A DNA stretch of 63,897 nt, the filler included, from Dicyema japonicum (lineage: Eukaryota > Animalia > Dicyemida), in NCBI GenBank assembly GCA_011109175.1. It is 6 parts of 6 records of this genome, joined end to end, with 100 filler letters (N's around TTAATTAATTAA, not from the genome) between each part and the next. Parts side by side here need not be neighbours in the genome. Positions count along the whole stretch, not along the records: positions 55,062 to 62,724 come from RDEW01000261.1; positions 62,825 to 63,897 come from RDEW01000146.1; 4 more parts are not named here. One strand, written 5' to 3'. Both the position numbers and the translations under genes were made by a program. The notes beneath the pieces were generated by a model. That model made no database searches and was not told the DNA's origin. It saw nothing but the letters and a program-made list of their open reading frames with translations. Below, in pieces: positions 61,350 to 63,897 of the stretch (the first letter of the stretch is position 1; every line of letters begins with the position of its first letter).

Positions 61350-61830
61350 CTTTTGGCGTCATTCAAAGTAGCAAATGAAGTTGCGAAACCAAAGAAGCCA
61401 CATACTATTGCAAATACTTTTATTAAGCCGTGTGCATTGGAAATAGTGAAAACAGTTCTCTCGAAAACTGCAGCAGATTCCTTTGTCACATAATTGTATT
61501 CGGAATTGAATAAATAGTATTAGTGATGATATTTTTAAACAAGTTGTTTCGGACATAAAGAATTCTTGCATCAAGAGTTCAATCCATTGGATGAATCTAT
61601 CGATGTTGATGGTTGTAGTCAACTAATTGGCTTTGTCGCTATATACAATAGCATTTAATTGCGTTTCTTTTTTGCTAACCTCTCGAAACGGAAGCCTCTG
61701 CAGAAAATGTTTTCCATATGATTGAGAATTTTTTTGATGAACATGATATTCGAAGAAATTATCGGGTCAATTTCACGGACTGGAAACTTCAGTTATGCTG
61801 GGAAACAGGTCGGAAACGCTATTGACCATC
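61350..61830 (+). mobile_element. hAT (Buster/Charlie, ZBED8-like) transposase fragment
   Basis: ASFKVANEVAKPKKPHTIANTFIKPCALEIV...ISDDIFKQVVSDIK...LDES-like motif. Confidence 0.8.
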
Positions 61831-62129
61831 AAAACAATCTCAGAATTGCACTAGCAAACAAAAAAGCTCGTTTCAAGAATTAATTAAAACTAAAAGGCAA
61901 GAAAAGTCACAAGGAACCTAACAAATCTTTTAGAATAAAATTCGAATTCTGTTAGATTTAAAATCAAGGTGCGAGGTTAGTTTTTTTTAATTTTTTGGGT
62001 GCGATTTCAAAAGAATCGGTAATCGATGCTTTAGATATTCAGGACTATATTTTGAAAATGAAATGGTGGATATAACAATTACATAGAAAAAGAATGGAAC
62101 AAATTTATTCTCCACCGTAAAGTCTAACT

Positions 62130-62600
62130 ACTTAAGAATTAGTCGTTTTAAAAGACACGATGTCCAGTCTATCGCGCTTGGAGTGCTGATAGTGCGTTTA
62201 CTCCGCAACCTGAGTGTTACAATTGATCTTGAAAGCTCATTTATGGAGGATGTTAAACTAAGAAGAAAAATGGCTCTACAAACACTTCGATTTACTCGAA
62301 AACTTTCTGTTGGCAAAGAGACGTTCTTGTTCATATTCTCGAGTATAATCCTTCCCTGCTTGATATACGGTTGTGGGGTGTAGTATCTGTCTACAAAGAA
62401 AGACAGGATATTATCGTTATTGGAAAAGTAAAGAAGGTTTGCAATAAAACTGGCGTTGTGGAAAAGGCTACACAATAACCTAAATATGGAGGATGAGATA
62501 CTCTTCCTAATAAGAAATATAGTGTTGAACAGGATTAGTTGCTTTCGTGAGAGAACGCAAGTAATTGACAAGATGGGGGACGATAGAAGTTTCCAGGCCA
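62130..62600 (+). mobile_element. LINE RT C-terminal fragment
   Basis: LGV.I...RKLSVGKETFLFIFSSIILPCLIYGCGV*...LEK*RRFAIKLAL. Confidence 0.7.
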
Positions 62601-62825
62601 TAATAGCAGGACAATGATAAAACCATCTATATAACTCCTAGTTCAGTTTATAATAAAAATTGATGTTATGTTACCAATTCGAAACTTTAACAACTTTGAC
62701 AAACTTTATTAACAAAGAAAGTTANNNNNNNNNNNNNNNNNNNNNNNNNNNNNNNNNNNNNNNNNNNNTTAATTAATTAANNNNNNNNNNNNNNNNNNNN
62801 NNNNNNNNNNNNNNNNNNNNNNNNA

Positions 62826-63496
62826 AATTATGGACATTTTTGCTGTTTGAATACGAAAAGTATTTCAATATAACAAACAAAAAAATTTAAAGACTCTGGA
62901 CTGTTAAGACAATTCGAAAAATCCTCGAAATTGGAAATCAGAACATTGTCAAAATTGATAAATTCGAGTTCTTTGATCAATTTGATTGTGCAGCTATAAA
63001 TTGTAGTTGGAGAAATTTTTGTTAGTGAAGAATTTGATAGAAGTTCAAGCGATTTAATTTCACTAAATCCGCTTTCAATTAACAAATGTAATAAAATTGA
63101 GTCATCATAATCCAAAAGAGTGAAAGAATTGACATTATTTGGAAAATACTGCAGATGAGGAACATTCTCAGATGATGATATTTTTGCTAATTTTACATTC
63201 GTTAAATTTGGTAAATATTGGCAAAAATTTCATAAATCTTTAATATCAATTTGATTGTTGGACAAATCGAGGCAATAAATGTTGTAACGTACTTCTGTAC
63301 ATTTATTCAATATCGAGGAATCATCGAAAATTGATAATATCATTTGCGAATTGATCTCTTTCATATGTTTTTTCTCATATTTTATTCTTTTAGAAATCAT
63401 CATCTTTGACTTGGAATTTAAGCAATCATATTTGGTCACATCAATCTTTTTTCGAAAATCATTTATGCTAAGTGCATACAATGAAGGAATTTGCAT
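62826..63496 (-). pseudogene. LRR-like protein fragment with a frameshift
   Basis: IYCLDLSNNQIDI, then after a shift YLPNLTNVKL...; continues into the 62828-63115 ORF. Confidence 0.45.
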
Positions 63497-63599
63497 TTCG
63501 TTTCAAAATATATAAATTAATTAAAATTTATTAAACTTTATTATAATTACTTGTTTTTAATAATAATTTATTTTTTTAAGACATGATGTTTAGTTAAAC

Positions 63600-63830
63600 G
63601 GCTTAACGAGTGACGTCGTCATCAGTAGACTCTCACTTGGAACTGGATTGTCTAGAAATGACCCACACACAAGAAAAAGAAAATAGAAGTGAAGATCATT
63701 CCTTGGTTTTACGATTAGTTAAAATTAACTGTTTTTTTACTTAAATAAAGTGTGTGTCCTACCTGTGCGGAGCTAATACCGCTGCTCCGTGAATTAGCTG
63801 TTATTATTATCATTATTATGTTAAAAATCT
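63600..63830 (+). mobile_element. SINE family A, 5'-truncated at the shared core
   Basis: acgagtgacgtcgtcatcag...gaagtgaagatcattccttgg...aataaagtgtgtgtcc...(tta)n. Confidence 0.85.
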
Positions 63831-63897
63831 TATTTCTTCAATACTCTATGAATAACTTGATTATGTTTTTTAATATACTTTAATCTCCTTTGGACAT

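Overview
This is AT-rich eukaryotic draft-assembly sequence, not prokaryotic. Five 100-bp spacers (N44-TTAATTAATTAA-N44) join separate scaffolds, so adjacency across about 10.8k, 20.6k, 45.6k, 55.0k and 62.8k is not biological. Most of the window is decayed transposable elements: APE-type LINEs (RTE-like and jockey/I-like), two restriction-like-endonuclease (RLE) retroelement groups, Ty3/Gypsy relics, pogo/Tigger, Tc1, Merlin, hAT, CGGBP1-like, a Ginger/KRBA2-type integrase and a FLYWCH/MULE fragment. It also holds two tRNA-headed SINE families that share a ~24-nt core. The host-gene material is metazoan (tetraspanin, ETS factor, glypican-like, WDR91, CARS1, NDUFS2, tandem dsRBD, LRR-like). 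Where introns can be placed they are only 22-37 nt. Nearly every host gene carries nonsense or frameshift lesions while keeping its introns; only the ETS ORF looks intact. Tiny introns plus a broken complex I subunit fit a highly reduced parasitic animal such as a myxozoan (inference; species not determinable here). I found no convincing wholly new system. The best leads are the modular SINE pair, a conserved Sm-like/hairpin leader on two diverged LINEs, and the concentration of intron-retaining pseudogenes. All identifications come from manual translation and motif recall; no database searches were run.
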